Assembly: GCA_965365355.1 (NCBI GenBank)
Contig: CBDUBJ010000002.1
Coordinates: 8,178 to 72,177 of the forward strand
Origin: an uncultured bacterium
GTDB taxonomy: Bacteria > Bacteroidota > Bacteroidia > Flavobacteriales > Flavobacteriaceae
Length of the DNA stretch: 64,000 nucleotides
Direction of reading: 5' to 3'
Shown here: positions 42,884 through 53,328 of the stretch, in pieces
Layout: each line of letters starts with the position of its first letter
How positions within the stretch are numbered: the first letter of the stretch is position 1
Position numbers and translations under genes: made by a program
The notes under the pieces: model-generated
The model's database searches: none
What the model was told of the DNA's origin: nothing
What the model saw: only the letters and a program-made list of their open reading frames with translations

Positions 42884-44860
42884 CTAGTATGCGAACAATT
42901 CCTGTAACGCCGTTTCAAACCGGCCTTTTGCAAGGTATTGGTCTTCCAGGGCTTTCGTAAATGGAATTGGCGTATCAAGGCTTGCAACGCGTTTTACCGG
43001 ACCGTCGAGCCATTCAAAGCAATCTTCCATGATCATTGCTGAGATGTCGCTCGCGATTCCGCCAAACATCGAATCTTCCTGCAGGATGATGCATTTGCTT
43101 GTCTTTTTTACGGATGCATAAACGGTATCTTTATCAAGAGGCTGCAGTGTACGAAGGTCGATCAGGTCGGCAGAAATCTGCGGATTCAGATCCAAAGTTT
43201 CCAATGCCCAATGTACGGCCGCTCCAAAAGCTACAATGGTAATGTCACTGCCTTCTCGAAGTAATGTTGCCTTTCCAAATGGAATGGTATAATAATCCTT
43301 CGGAACATCCTGATAAACGCTTCGGTAAAGCATCTTATGCTCGAAATACATTACGGGATTCGGATCGTTGATAGCGGTGTTCAATAATCCTTTTGCATCG
43401 TAAGGAAATGCAGGGTAAACGACTTTCAGTCCGGGAGTTTTGGTAAACCACGCTTCATTCGTTTGTGAGTGGAATGGCCCTGCCTGTGTTCCGCCACCGC
43501 AAGGCATTCGGACAACCACATCCGCGTGTTCGTTCCATCGGTAATGCACTTTTGCAAGGTAATTAACTATCGGATTAAATCCTGTCGAGACAAAATCTGC
43601 AAATTGCATTTCTACAATTGCCTTATAGCCGTTTATCGAAAGTCCCATTCCCGCAGATACCACGGCAGATTCGCAGATAGGTGTATTGAGGATGCGTTCT
43701 TTTCCAAATTCGGTTACAAAACCATCGGTAATTTTAAAAGCGCCGCCATACTCTGCGATATCCTGGCCCATGATGACGAGATTGTCATGACGGCGCAGCG
43801 ACTGCCTTAATCCTTGAGAGATCGCATCGACGAAACGAATATTCTCAGTTTCATCTGATGGCTTTATTTCTTCGAATTCATAAGGCTTGTAAACGTCGTC
43901 AATTTCAGTTTTTAAATCGGCTTTAATCTCCGATTCAGTATTTGCAATCAATAAATTCTCATCGATCTCATGCTTGATCTCTTCACGCCATTTTTCATCT
44001 TTATCTGCACGGAGAATATTTTGCTTCAATAAATATGTCCTAAAATTATCGACGGGATCTTTTTCGGCCCATAGATCCATCAATTCCTGAGGAACATATT
44101 TAGTTCCGCTTGCTTCTTCATGGCCACGCATCCTGAAGGTTTTAAATTCAATCAGCACCGGTCGCGGGTTTTGTCTCATCGATTCGACGATGTCAGAAAG
44201 TTCATTATAAACTTCAAGGATATTATTTCCGTCCAGGATATGTGCATCGATACCGTAACCGATGCCACGATCTGCAAGGTTTTCGCAACGATATTGCTCG
44301 CGAGTCGGCGTAGATAATCCGTATCCGTTATTTTCGATGATGAATAAAACCGGAAGATCCCAAACCGCAGCAATGTTTAATGCTTCGTGAAAATCCCCTT
44401 CGCTGGTTGCGCCTTCTCCGGTAAAAACCGCGGTCACTTTTCCGTTTTGTTTAAGTTTATTTGCAAGGGCGATCCCGTCGGCAACGCCTAACTGCGGGCC
44501 GAGGTGCGAGATCATTCCGATGATCTTGTAGTCCTGTGTACCAAAATGGAAAGAGCGGTCGCGGCCTTTGGTAAACCCGTTTGCCTTGCCCTGCCATTGA
44601 GAGAACAATCTGTAAAGTGGAATGTCGCGACCCGTAAAGACGCCGAGGTTTCGGTGCATCGGCAAAATATATTCATCTTCTTCGAGAACCGCCGTAACGC
44701 CAACTGAAATTGCTTCCTGCCCGATTCCTGAAAACCATTTGGAAACTTTTCCCTGACGGATGAGGATCAGCATTTTTTCTTCTATCAGCCGAGGCTTAAG
44801 AAGCCTTTTATATAAATCCAGTAACTTTTCGTCTGTCAGGTTCCTTCTTTCGAAATTCAT
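42884..44860 (-). CDS. 2-oxoacid (branched-chain type) dehydrogenase E1, fused alpha + beta subunits
   Basis: ThDP motif GEGATSEGDFHE..ENN, RGHEE, NTPICE, GPFHSQ; ATG at 44860. Confidence 0.9.
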   Translation of the reverse strand: MNFERRNLTDEKLLDLYKRLLKPRLIEEKMLILIRQGKVSKWFSGIGQEAISVGVTAVLEEDEYILPMHRNLGVFTGRDIPLYRLFSQWQGKANGFTKGRDRSFHFGTQDYKIIGMISHLGPQLGVADGIALANKLKQNGKVTAVFTGEGATSEGDFHEALNIAAVWDLPVLFIIENNGYGLSTPTREQYRCENLADRGIGYGIDAHILDGNNILEVYNELSDIVESMRQNPRPVLIEFKTFRMRGHEEASGTKYVPQELMDLWAEKDPVDNFRTYLLKQNILRADKDEKWREEIKHEIDENLLIANTESEIKADLKTEIDDVYKPYEFEEIKPSDETENIRFVDAISQGLRQSLRRHDNLVIMGQDIAEYGGAFKITDGFVTEFGKERILNTPICESAVVSAGMGLSINGYKAIVEMQFADFVSTGFNPIVNYLAKVHYRWNEHADVVVRMPCGGGTQAGPFHSQTNEAWFTKTPGLKVVYPAFPYDAKGLLNTAINDPNPVMYFEHKMLYRSVYQDVPKDYYTIPFGKATLLREGSDITIVAFGAAVHWALETLDLNPQISADLIDLRTLQPLDKDTVYASVKKTSKCIILQEDSMFGGIASDISAMIMEDCFEWLDGPVKRVASLDTPIPFTKALEDQYLAKGRFETALQELFAY

Positions 44861-44958
44861 TGGGCAGCGGATTGTTTTACGCATGTCAAAAGTATAAAAA
44901 AATTATAGGGTTGACCCATTTTCATTAACATTTTTGAACTGTTGAAAACTTTTAAAAT

Positions 44959-44986
44959 TTGAATTTATATTTATTATTTACATTTG
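44959..44986 (+). promoter_or_regulatory. Bacteroidota -33/-7 promoter
   Basis: TTG (44959-44961), 17-nt spacer, TACATTTG (44979-44986). Confidence 0.6.
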
Positions 44987-45035
44987 TGTTTACAGGCCTT
45001 TACGGGTTTTGAGTTATTAACGAAAACTAAATAGT

Positions 45036-45989
45036 ATGCAGAACATTCCCAGCGTGGATTTGCGTGATTTCCTTTCGGGCGACCCGGAACGCAAGCAAAA
45101 ATTTGTAAATGAAATCGGTAAAGCATATGAAGACATTGGCTTCGTGGCATTGAAAGGTCATTTTCTCGACGATAAGCTTGTTGATACCCTGTATTCTGAA
45201 GTTCGAAATTTCTTTAATCTTCCTTTGGAAACGAAAGCGAAATATGAAATTCCGGGAATCGGAGGCCAGCGTGGTTACGTTTCATTTGGAAAAGAACATG
45301 CAAAAGGACGTTCTGCCGGCGATTTGAAAGAATTTTGGCATTTCGGGCAGTATGTGGAGAATGACCCTAAACTTGAGGCTGAATATCCTGCGAACGTAAC
45401 TGTCGAAGAATTGCCGGAATTTAATAAAGTTGGTCGCGAAGCGTATAAAATGCTTGAAAAGACAGGCGTTTATGTCTTGCGAGCACTTGCTGTCTATCTT
45501 GGTTTGGATGAGTATTATTTTGATGATAAGGTCAAAAACGGCAACAGCATTCTTCGACCGATTCATTATCCGCCAATCACCGATGAACCTGCGGATGGAG
45601 CGGTTCGCGCGGCAGCACACGGCGATATCAATCTGATCACGCTTTTGATGGGCGCGCAGGGAAAAGGACTTCAGGTTCAAAACCATAATGGCGAATGGAT
45701 CGATGCGATTGCCGAGCCCGATGAATTGGTGATCAACGTTGGCGATATGCTTTCAAGGCATACGAACAATAAGTTGAAATCGACAATCCATCAGGTGGTG
45801 AATCCGCCGCGCGAATTGTGGGGAACTTCGAGATTTTCGATTCCTTTCTTTATGCATCCGATAAGCGAGATGTCGCTCAACTGTTTGGAAGATTGCATTG
45901 ACGAAGAACATCCAAAATTATATGACGACATCACGGCAGGTGATTTTCTACATGAGCGCCTTGTTGATTTGGGATTGATCAAAAAGTAA
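45036..45989 (+). CDS. Isopenicillin-N-synthase-family 2OG-Fe(II) oxygenase
   Basis: IPSVDL, GFVAL, H-x-D in AHGDIN, TIHQV and R-x-S in RFS. Confidence 0.9.
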   Translation: MQNIPSVDLRDFLSGDPERKQKFVNEIGKAYEDIGFVALKGHFLDDKLVDTLYSEVRNFFNLPLETKAKYEIPGIGGQRGYVSFGKEHAKGRSAGDLKEFWHFGQYVENDPKLEAEYPANVTVEELPEFNKVGREAYKMLEKTGVYVLRALAVYLGLDEYYFDDKVKNGNSILRPIHYPPITDEPADGAVRAAAHGDINLITLLMGAQGKGLQVQNHNGEWIDAIAEPDELVINVGDMLSRHTNNKLKSTIHQVVNPPRELWGTSRFSIPFFMHPISEMSLNCLEDCIDEEHPKLYDDITAGDFLHERLVDLGLIKK

Positions 45990-46096
45990 TTACTTATGCA
46001 TCTATAAAAAGACATTGAGTTCGCTTGATGTCTTTTGTTTTTGCTGCCACTGTAAATTTGGCGGACTTTTGAATTTTAAATTAAATCGATCAACCA

Positions 46097-46447
46097 ATGG
46101 CTAAGAAGCTAACAAATCTTTCAGATCTCGGTGGTTTCGTCTTTTCCACAAATAAAGATTTCGAATATAATTCTGATGCCGAAGATCATGAAACGCTCGA
46201 CGCATCAAAGCAAAAGCTTGAAGCCCATCTTGATAAAAAGAACCGCGGCGGAAAGGTGGCAACGGTTATCAAAGGATTCCAAGGCTCGGAAGCCGACCTG
46301 AAATCGCTTGGCAAAATGCTGAAAACAAAATGCGGCGTCGGTGGCGCGGTAAAGGATAACGAGATCATCATCCAGGGCAATTTCCGCGATAAAGTCATGC
46401 AGATACTTCAAGATGAAGGCTATCACGTGAAACGCGTCGGTGGATGA
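46097..46447 (+). CDS. yciH: SUI1/YciH translation-initiation-factor-like protein
   Basis: RGGKVATVIKG, LKTKCGVGG, IIIQG. Confidence 0.9.
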   Translation: MAKKLTNLSDLGGFVFSTNKDFEYNSDAEDHETLDASKQKLEAHLDKKNRGGKVATVIKGFQGSEADLKSLGKMLKTKCGVGGAVKDNEIIIQGNFRDKVMQILQDEGYHVKRVGG

Positions 46448-46460
46448 TTCAATTAGCGAT

Positions 46461-46495
46461 AAGACATTAGAAATTCGACATTCGACATTTGACAT
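46461..46495 (+). repeat. Tandem heptamer repeat (5 units)
   Basis: aagacat tagaaat tcgacat tcgacat ttgacat. Confidence 0.65.
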
Positions 46496-46506
46496 AAAAA
46501 CACATC

Positions 46507-47376
46507 ATGATCCAATCCTCCGAACTTATTTTAAATCCAGACGGCAGCGTTTACCATCTAAACCTTCGTCCCGAGCATATTGCCAATGACATTATTTTCG
46601 TTGGCGACCAGAATCGCGTCGAGAAAATCACGCAGTTTTTCGACCATGTGGAATTTTCAACCCAAAAACGTGAATTCAAAACACAAACTGGAATTTATAA
46701 AGGAAAGCGGCTTACGGTCATGTCGACAGGCATCGGCCCCGACAATATTGACATTGTTGTTAATGAGCTGGATGCCCTTGTAAATATTGATTTCGAAACG
46801 CGCAGGCCAAAAGAAGCACTGACATCTTTAAACATTATCCGAATCGGAACTTCCGGTTCGCTCCAGGCTGATATTCCGGTCGACAGTTTCGTAATGTCAA
46901 AATATGCGCTCGGCCTGGACAATATGCTTCGCTCCTATCTTATTGATGGGATTACAGATAAAAATCTTGAAGATGCATTTGTAGATCACACAAATTGGGA
47001 TCTTACTAAAGGACGGCCTTACGCAGTTGCATGCTCTGACAAGCTGGAATCCATCATCGACAGCCAGCAGATGCATAAGGGAATTACAGCAACGGCCGGC
47101 GGGTTTTACGGTCCGCAAGGCCGAATATTGCGATTGGAAATCCAGGATAGCGACCTAAATTCAAAGATGGACAGTTTCATGTATAATCAGCAACCAATTA
47201 CAAATCTCGAAATGGAAACTGCAGCGATTTATGGATTGTCTGCACTGCTCGGACATCAGGCATTGTCCCTTAACGCAATCATTGCAAACCGTTCGACCGG
47301 CTCTTTCAGTTCGGATCCTTATTTCGCTGTTGATCAACTCATCACATATACTTTAAACAAACTTGCAAATGGATAA
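46507..47376 (+). CDS. Nucleoside (uridine/purine) phosphorylase
   Basis: VYHLNL, VGDQNRV, STGIG, RIGTSG, FYGPQGR, NLEMET. Confidence 0.9.
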   Translation: MIQSSELILNPDGSVYHLNLRPEHIANDIIFVGDQNRVEKITQFFDHVEFSTQKREFKTQTGIYKGKRLTVMSTGIGPDNIDIVVNELDALVNIDFETRRPKEALTSLNIIRIGTSGSLQADIPVDSFVMSKYALGLDNMLRSYLIDGITDKNLEDAFVDHTNWDLTKGRPYAVACSDKLESIIDSQQMHKGITATAGGFYGPQGRILRLEIQDSDLNSKMDSFMYNQQPITNLEMETAAIYGLSALLGHQALSLNAIIANRSTGSFSSDPYFAVDQLITYTLNKLANG

Positions 47377-48220
47377 GGTAAGGATCGTCGGCGTACCCGA
47401 ACATTTTAATTTCCCATGGCACCTGGCGATCGAATCAGGCGATTTTGCCAAGGTCGGAATCGATCTTGAATGGACAGAAATTCCCGAAGGAACCGGAAAA
47501 ATGTGTTCCATGCTCCGCGACGGATCGACCGACATTGCCGTTATTCTGACAGAAGGAATCGTCAAAGACATTATTGATGGAAATCCTTCTAAAATCGTTC
47601 AGGTGTATGTTCAGTCGCCTTTAGTATGGGGAATCCATGTGGCCGCGGGTTCGAAGTTTCAGACTTTGGAAGAGCTTCGCGGGGCAAAAGCTGCGATCAG
47701 CCGTTTCGGATCAGGTTCGCATTTAATGGCTGTTGTCAATGCAAAACAAATGAACTGGGATCATCAAAATTTAAAATTTGAAATCGTAAATACGATCGAT
47801 GGCGCGGTCGAGGCGCTTACGTCCGGCAAAGCGGATTATTTTATGTGGGAACGTTTTATGACCAAACCACTTGTTGATAAAGGAATTTTCAGACGACTTG
47901 GCGATTGCCCGACTCCTTGGCCCTGCTTTGTTATTGCGGTCCGAAATGAGTTTTTGGAAAAGCATCCGAACGTGGTCAAGAACCTGTTGCGAGTCAGTAA
48001 TATGCATTCGACCGGTTTTAAAAAAATAAAAAACATCGATTTGATGCTTTCTGTTGGCTTTCATCAGAAAGTTAATGACATCAACCAGTGGCTCTCATCC
48101 ACCGAATGGTCCCAAATGCCACTTTCCGAAGACGTGTTAAACAAAGTTCAAAATCAATTGCTTGAACTTTCCCTTATCGATAAAAAGGGTACTTTTGCTG
48201 AAATGGTAAAAGCATTGTAG
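47369..48220 (+). CDS. Type 2 periplasmic-binding-fold protein (NMT1/THI5/Ca3427-like) without a signal peptide
   Basis: VGVPEHFN, GTGKM, ILTEG, ISRFGSGSH, WERFMTKP, TPWPCF. Confidence 0.75.
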   Translation: MDKVRIVGVPEHFNFPWHLAIESGDFAKVGIDLEWTEIPEGTGKMCSMLRDGSTDIAVILTEGIVKDIIDGNPSKIVQVYVQSPLVWGIHVAAGSKFQTLEELRGAKAAISRFGSGSHLMAVVNAKQMNWDHQNLKFEIVNTIDGAVEALTSGKADYFMWERFMTKPLVDKGIFRRLGDCPTPWPCFVIAVRNEFLEKHPNVVKNLLRVSNMHSTGFKKIKNIDLMLSVGFHQKVNDINQWLSSTEWSQMPLSEDVLNKVQNQLLELSLIDKKGTFAEMVKAL

Positions 48221-48239
48221 CTTTCCCCGTACGTCTCGG

Positions 48240-49172
48240 ATGGTAAAACTGAGGGAAATCCCGTTTAAAAAAATCTTCGAGCGGCTGCGGATAAAGAAGC
48301 CTTGGGACATGGTTATCATTTTCGGCTTAAATGTCCTGATTGCCATCCCGGTTTTTCTTATCGTGCACCAAAATCTTATCGATCCGAATTGGGTAATCGG
48401 GATCGACAGGATTCTATTGTTTATTCTGATCGTTGTCCTGATCCAGTTTATCCTGAGACTGTTGCGGCGTATTATTATTTTGGCGATGGCACTGTATCTT
48501 TTGGCTCTCGTCTACGGAAGTGTCTTTGGCGGCTATGGTTTCATGAACGTTTACGAAGACTACCGCGCACTGATCTACGCAATGGCAGAAAATCCATATC
48601 CACAGGACATCATCATTTCGAAACTACTTCCGTTCCCAAATAAAACACGGATAATTGCCGCGGTAGATTACGACAATCCGAAAGTGCGCAATTTTGCGGT
48701 AATGGCAACAACCAAGCATTTCAGGAATTTTAAGCGTTATGGCGATTATCGTGCATTGATACAGTGTTTTGCGGCATTTCAGGAAATAAACAGCCGATGG
48801 AATTATGTCAATGATCCGAAAGGCCGTGATTACATAGCAAATGCCAGTGAATCGGTTGTACTCTTATCGGGCGATTGCGATGATCACGCGATCCTCATGG
48901 CAGCTTGTGTGCGGTCGATAGGCGGAACTCCGCGGCTGATCCATACAACAGGACACATTTATCCTGAGATCCATGTAGGTTCCAAACGCGATCTTGAAAA
49001 TATCCACTATCTGATCAAAGAAGTACTATTTGCCAAGGAAAGCAAGGATCGGGACATTCATTACCATATTGACGAACGTGATCAGGTTTGGCTCAATCTC
49101 GATTACACCGCAAAATATCCGGGCGGCCCGTTTATGTCGGAAGAAATTCTCGGCGCGCTCACGCTCAATTGA
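48240..49172 (+). CDS. Membrane-anchored transglutaminase-like protein
   Basis: Three N-terminal TM segments; Cys-His-Asp-type triad GDCDD, GHIYPE, LNLDY. Confidence 0.8.
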   Translation: MVKLREIPFKKIFERLRIKKPWDMVIIFGLNVLIAIPVFLIVHQNLIDPNWVIGIDRILLFILIVVLIQFILRLLRRIIILAMALYLLALVYGSVFGGYGFMNVYEDYRALIYAMAENPYPQDIIISKLLPFPNKTRIIAAVDYDNPKVRNFAVMATTKHFRNFKRYGDYRALIQCFAAFQEINSRWNYVNDPKGRDYIANASESVVLLSGDCDDHAILMAACVRSIGGTPRLIHTTGHIYPEIHVGSKRDLENIHYLIKEVLFAKESKDRDIHYHIDERDQVWLNLDYTAKYPGGPFMSEEILGALTLN

Positions 49173-49241
49173 TTTTCTTCGGATCCGATAAAAATTTACA
49201 CAGCCTTTTTTATATCTTAGCTTGATAAACCACGGGCTTTT

Positions 49242-49814
49242 ATGAAAAAGATTTTACTTGCGGCACTATTCTCCTGCGGATTTCTGCAAGCTCAGGAAAC
49301 TGACTCACTCAGCATGCTGGCGCGCAGAAACGAATTGCGCACGGACGTTGTATCGGTGATCACCGATTCGCGATTCAATATGAGCTACGAAAGATTTTTG
49401 AATAAGGATTGGTCGCTCGGACTAAGCGTCGGTTATGCAGACAGTGACGAGATCAATGAAGATTTTGACCGCGGTTATCGGAATTACCGTCCGAAATACG
49501 ATGTCACGCCATTTGTCCGCTACAATCTATCCAAAAGCCTGAAGAGTTTTTATTTTGCGGAGGTATTCATTTCTGCCAATGGCGGCGATTTTAAAGAAAC
49601 GGTTCGTCGTGAAAATGGCGGTGAAGCGTTTTATGAAAATGAGAAAAGCACGTATACCGATGTCGGCGCAGGCGGTGGTTTCGGATATAAATTGTATATC
49701 AAGGAGCAGTTCGGCATCGAGCTTCTCGTTGCTTTTGGAGCGAACCTTTTAAATACCGACAAAAGCCCTGATGTTCTTTCACGTGTTGGCTTAAGCGTTG
49801 GATACAGATTTTAA
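49242..49814 (+). CDS. Outer-membrane beta-barrel protein (DUF3575-like)
   Basis: Signal peptide LQA-Q; amphipathic strands; ends in VGYRF. Confidence 0.75.
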   Translation: MKKILLAALFSCGFLQAQETDSLSMLARRNELRTDVVSVITDSRFNMSYERFLNKDWSLGLSVGYADSDEINEDFDRGYRNYRPKYDVTPFVRYNLSKSLKSFYFAEVFISANGGDFKETVRRENGGEAFYENEKSTYTDVGAGGGFGYKLYIKEQFGIELLVAFGANLLNTDKSPDVLSRVGLSVGYRF

Positions 49815-49824
49815 TATGATGATC

Positions 49825-50403
49825 ATGAAAAACCTTAGATATTTAGTCCTTATACTTTCATTTTCGATCATGGGTTGCGACACCGATGACGATGGTTTCT
49901 ATAACCGGGTTTATATCGATGCGGCTGAGTTGGTTACCATTGAAACAGCACCGGCATACAATGTTGGTGATATTTTTTGGGTCAACGCCCAGATTCCTCG
50001 GCTGATTGAAGAACCTGGCGAAGATACGCCGTTAGACCTAAGGCTAACAACGGGAAATGCGCCATCCTTTACGTTTTCGTTTGTACTTGAGAAATTGAAT
50101 GGCTCTACTTGGGAAGTTGTCGACCTTACAGGGAATTTTGTCGAAGATGCCGGAAATGCCGTAGTTGGCTCATTTGCGCTTGCAGATGCGGAATTCGATA
50201 TAGATCAGGATGCTTACGATTTTCGCGGTGGAATCGAGTTGAATTCGGCCGGGCAGTATCGCCTGAGCTTTGGTTACAACAGTACTTCGGCCGAGATCGT
50301 CGAATTGATTTCCAACAGTCAGGGAAATAATATTAGGGTCAATATCAACTCGACAGTGAGTCAGATCGACAACCTTGGATATTATTCATTTACCGTCAAT
50401 TAA
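49825..50403 (+). CDS. Hypothetical lipoprotein
   Basis: Lipobox IMG-C followed by the acidic DTDDD export signal; alternative ATGs at 49816 and 49819. Confidence 0.7.
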   Translation: MKNLRYLVLILSFSIMGCDTDDDGFYNRVYIDAAELVTIETAPAYNVGDIFWVNAQIPRLIEEPGEDTPLDLRLTTGNAPSFTFSFVLEKLNGSTWEVVDLTGNFVEDAGNAVVGSFALADAEFDIDQDAYDFRGGIELNSAGQYRLSFGYNSTSAEIVELISNSQGNNIRVNINSTVSQIDNLGYYSFTVN

Positions 50404-51060
50404 TTACCAATCTATTTCAGATTTTCCGTGTAAATTCAGATATGCGTTTGCCTTGCTGAATTGCGCACTTCCAAACCAGTCGCCCCGATTCGCACTTAAT
50501 GGCGACGGATGACATGATTCAAGTACCAGATGTTTGGTGCGATCGACCTTACTGCATTTTTTTTGTGCGTATGCGCCCCAAAGCATAAAAACCAGATTTT
50601 CCGTTGAATCCGATAGCTTTTCGATGACCGAATCAGTAAATATCTCCCAGCCTTTTCCATGGTGGCTTCCCGGTTCGCCTTGACGGACTGTCAATGTGGC
50701 GTTTAATAGAAGAACCCCTTGCCTTGCCCATCTTGTAAGATCTCCGGATTGCGGAATCGGTTTGTCCAAATCTTGTGCGATTTCCTTGAAAATGTTGCGA
50801 AGTGAAGGTGGAAAACGAATGCCGTCGCGTACCGAAAAGCTCAATCCATGCGCCTGACCGGGTCCGTGATAAGGATCCTGGCCAATGATTATAACTTTGA
50901 CGTCTTTGAACGAACAACTTTCGAATGCGGCAAAAATTTCATTGTGCGGCGGATAGCAAATGTTTTTTTGGTATTCTGCATCTACAAATTCACGAAGCGA
51001 ATTATAATAGGCCTTATCAAATTCAGATTGCAGAATATGTTTCCAGGATTGATCCGTCAT
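50404..51060 (-). CDS. ung: Uracil-DNA glycosylase (family 1)
   Basis: GQDPYH, GVLLLN, HPSPLS; ATG at 51060. Confidence 0.95.
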   Translation of the reverse strand: MTDQSWKHILQSEFDKAYYNSLREFVDAEYQKNICYPPHNEIFAAFESCSFKDVKVIIIGQDPYHGPGQAHGLSFSVRDGIRFPPSLRNIFKEIAQDLDKPIPQSGDLTRWARQGVLLLNATLTVRQGEPGSHHGKGWEIFTDSVIEKLSDSTENLVFMLWGAYAQKKCSKVDRTKHLVLESCHPSPLSANRGDWFGSAQFSKANAYLNLHGKSEIDW

Positions 51061-51072
51061 AGTGCTTTTTTG

Positions 51073-51129
51073 CAAAGATAATCCAAAGGCCATAAGCCGT
51101 AATAACAGATGTAAAATTGGCTAATTTTG
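51073..51129. promoter_or_regulatory. Divergent -7 boxes for ung and mutS2
   Basis: TATCTTTG on the minus strand (51073-51080) and TAATTTTG on the plus strand (51122-51129). Confidence 0.55.
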
Positions 51130-51153
51130 CAGATATAAAATTGCAAATTGAAA

Positions 51154-53328
51154 ATGACGGTAATTACCGAAAAAACGCTGCAGGACCTGCAATTTCCCAC
51201 CATCCTTGAAACAGTTTCGAATTTCTGCGTAACGGATATCGGTCAGATCAAAGCCCGCAACATCGTTCCGTTCAGGGATCAAAGGGAGCTTGAGAGTTCA
51301 CTATTGGCAACTTCGGAGTATGTGTCGTCGTTCCAGAATAACAATGCGCTTCCAAATCACGGTTTTGAAAACATCGAAAATGAAATCAAATTTCTAAGCA
51401 TCGAAGGAAGTTTTTTGGATGCGCCTGCCTTCAGGAAAATAGCTGCAATTTCAGATACCGTCAATACTTTATTGCTTTTTCTGAAAAAATTTGATGAATA
51501 TTATCCTGTGCTGAATTCGATTTCGGCGACCGTTCCATATACCAAAGAGATTGTTTCCGGCATCGATCAGATCATCGACAAATATGGGGAAATAAAAGAT
51601 GACGCTTCTTACAGACTTCAGGAAATCCGGCGAGAAATCGCAAGCGTACGTATTAAAGTGAACCAAAGTTTTGGGCAAGCGCTTACACATTATCATTCGC
51701 AAGGTTATCTGGATGACATCCGTGAGAGTTTTGTGCAGAATCGCCGTGTGCTTGCCGTATTGGCGATGTACCGCCGAAAAATCAAAGGAACGATTCTAGG
51801 CAGTTCAAAAACCGGAAGCATCGCTTATATCGAACCGGAATCTACGCTAAAATATTCAAGGGAATTAAGTAATCTGGAGTACGAGGAAAAGGAAGAGATC
51901 ATAAAAATTTTAAAGACATTATCCGATGTGATCCGCCCGCACGTTTCATTATTTGAAATGTATCAGGAATTCCTCAGCGATATCGATGTGATATCAGCCA
52001 AAGCAAGATACGCTCTGCAGATAAATGGAATCCTGCCTAAAATTTCTGAAGAACGACGGTTGTATTTTAAGGATGCATATCATCCGATCCTTTATCTGAC
52101 AAATAAACAAAAGAAAGAACCTGTTTATCCGCAGACTATTGAACTCGATCAGTCGAAGCGCATCATCGTGATTTCAGGTCCGAATGCCGGCGGAAAAACA
52201 ATCTCGCTTAAAACTGTCGGATTGCTGCAATTGATGCTACAAAGCGGAATCCTAATTCCCGTACATGAACGCAGTGAAACTTGCTTGTTTGACAGGATCC
52301 TGACGGATATTGGTGATAATCAATCGATTGAAAATCATTTGAGTACGTATAGTTACCGCCTGAAAAACATGAATCACTTTCTCCGCAAATGCAACAGTCG
52401 GACATTATTCCTGATCGATGAATTTGGAACCGGTTCCGATCCCGAACTGGGCGGTGCACTGGCAGAAACATTTTTGGAAGAATTTTACCATCGCGAAGCT
52501 TTTGGAATCATCACGACGCATTATTCAAATTTGAAGATGCTTGCAAACGAATTGCCTTTTGCAACGAACGCGAATATGTTGTTTGACGAGAAATCGCTGG
52601 AGCCGATGTATAAATTAGTCCTTGGCCAGGCCGGAAGTTCTTTTACATTTGAAGTCGCTCAGAAGAATGGCATTCCGTACGGATTGATCAATCGGGCAAA
52701 GAAGAAGATCGAAGGTGGCAAAGTCCGGTTCGACAAAACCATCGCGACGCTTCAGAAAGAGCGGTCAAAACTAGAAAAAACTTCACAAACGCTGCAGGAA
52801 GAAGAACAACGTGCACGCGAGGAAGGCAAAAAACTGGAGACGATCAACGGGAAGATCCGACAGAAACTTGAAAGTTATCAGGAATTGTATGATGAAAACA
52901 GGCGGTCAATTCAAATCGGCAAAAAAATCGATGAGATTTCTGAAAAATATTTCAATACCAAAAATAAAAAGGAGTTGATCGGTGAGTTTCTGAAGATGGT
53001 GGAAATCGAAAATTCGAAACGTAAGAAAGCTACTGCCGAAGAGATGAAAGTGCAGAAAGAAAAAGAAGCGATCAAGCAGTTTGCCGAAAAAGAGATTAAA
53101 GTTGAAGTGGAAGAAATACGCAAGGAAAAGAAGGAAAAAAAATTAAAAGCAATCCCCGCGGAAAAGTTAAAGCCAATATTAAAAGTTGGGGATCGCGTGA
53201 GAATCCACGACGGAAAAGCGGTCGGCAGCATCGACAGCATCGAAAAAAATAAAGCTGTTGTGAACTATGGCATGTTTACTTCAAAGATCAGCCTTGACGA
53301 GCTCGAATTTGTGGAAAGAAAGAAGTGA
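51154..53328 (+). CDS. mutS2: MutS2-family ATPase ending in a KOW domain (no Smr domain)
   Basis: GPNAGGKT, DIGDNQS, LIDEFGTG, TTHY; coiled coil; C-terminal KOW-like LKVGDRVRI. Confidence 0.9.
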   Translation: MTVITEKTLQDLQFPTILETVSNFCVTDIGQIKARNIVPFRDQRELESSLLATSEYVSSFQNNNALPNHGFENIENEIKFLSIEGSFLDAPAFRKIAAISDTVNTLLLFLKKFDEYYPVLNSISATVPYTKEIVSGIDQIIDKYGEIKDDASYRLQEIRREIASVRIKVNQSFGQALTHYHSQGYLDDIRESFVQNRRVLAVLAMYRRKIKGTILGSSKTGSIAYIEPESTLKYSRELSNLEYEEKEEIIKILKTLSDVIRPHVSLFEMYQEFLSDIDVISAKARYALQINGILPKISEERRLYFKDAYHPILYLTNKQKKEPVYPQTIELDQSKRIIVISGPNAGGKTISLKTVGLLQLMLQSGILIPVHERSETCLFDRILTDIGDNQSIENHLSTYSYRLKNMNHFLRKCNSRTLFLIDEFGTGSDPELGGALAETFLEEFYHREAFGIITTHYSNLKMLANELPFATNANMLFDEKSLEPMYKLVLGQAGSSFTFEVAQKNGIPYGLINRAKKKIEGGKVRFDKTIATLQKERSKLEKTSQTLQEEEQRAREEGKKLETINGKIRQKLESYQELYDENRRSIQIGKKIDEISEKYFNTKNKKELIGEFLKMVEIENSKRKKATAEEMKVQKEKEAIKQFAEKEIKVEVEEIRKEKKEKKLKAIPAEKLKPILKVGDRVRIHDGKAVGSIDSIEKNKAVVNYGMFTSKISLDELEFVERKK

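Noticed and set aside
46205-46495. Minus-strand ORF MSNVECRISNV...
   Set aside because: It starts in the heptamer repeat and lies antisense to yciH.
47369-48220. THI5-type HMP-P synthase (thiamine biosynthesis)
   Set aside because: I could not place the PLP-binding Lys, the substrate His or the CCCXC motif, and no thi genes are nearby.
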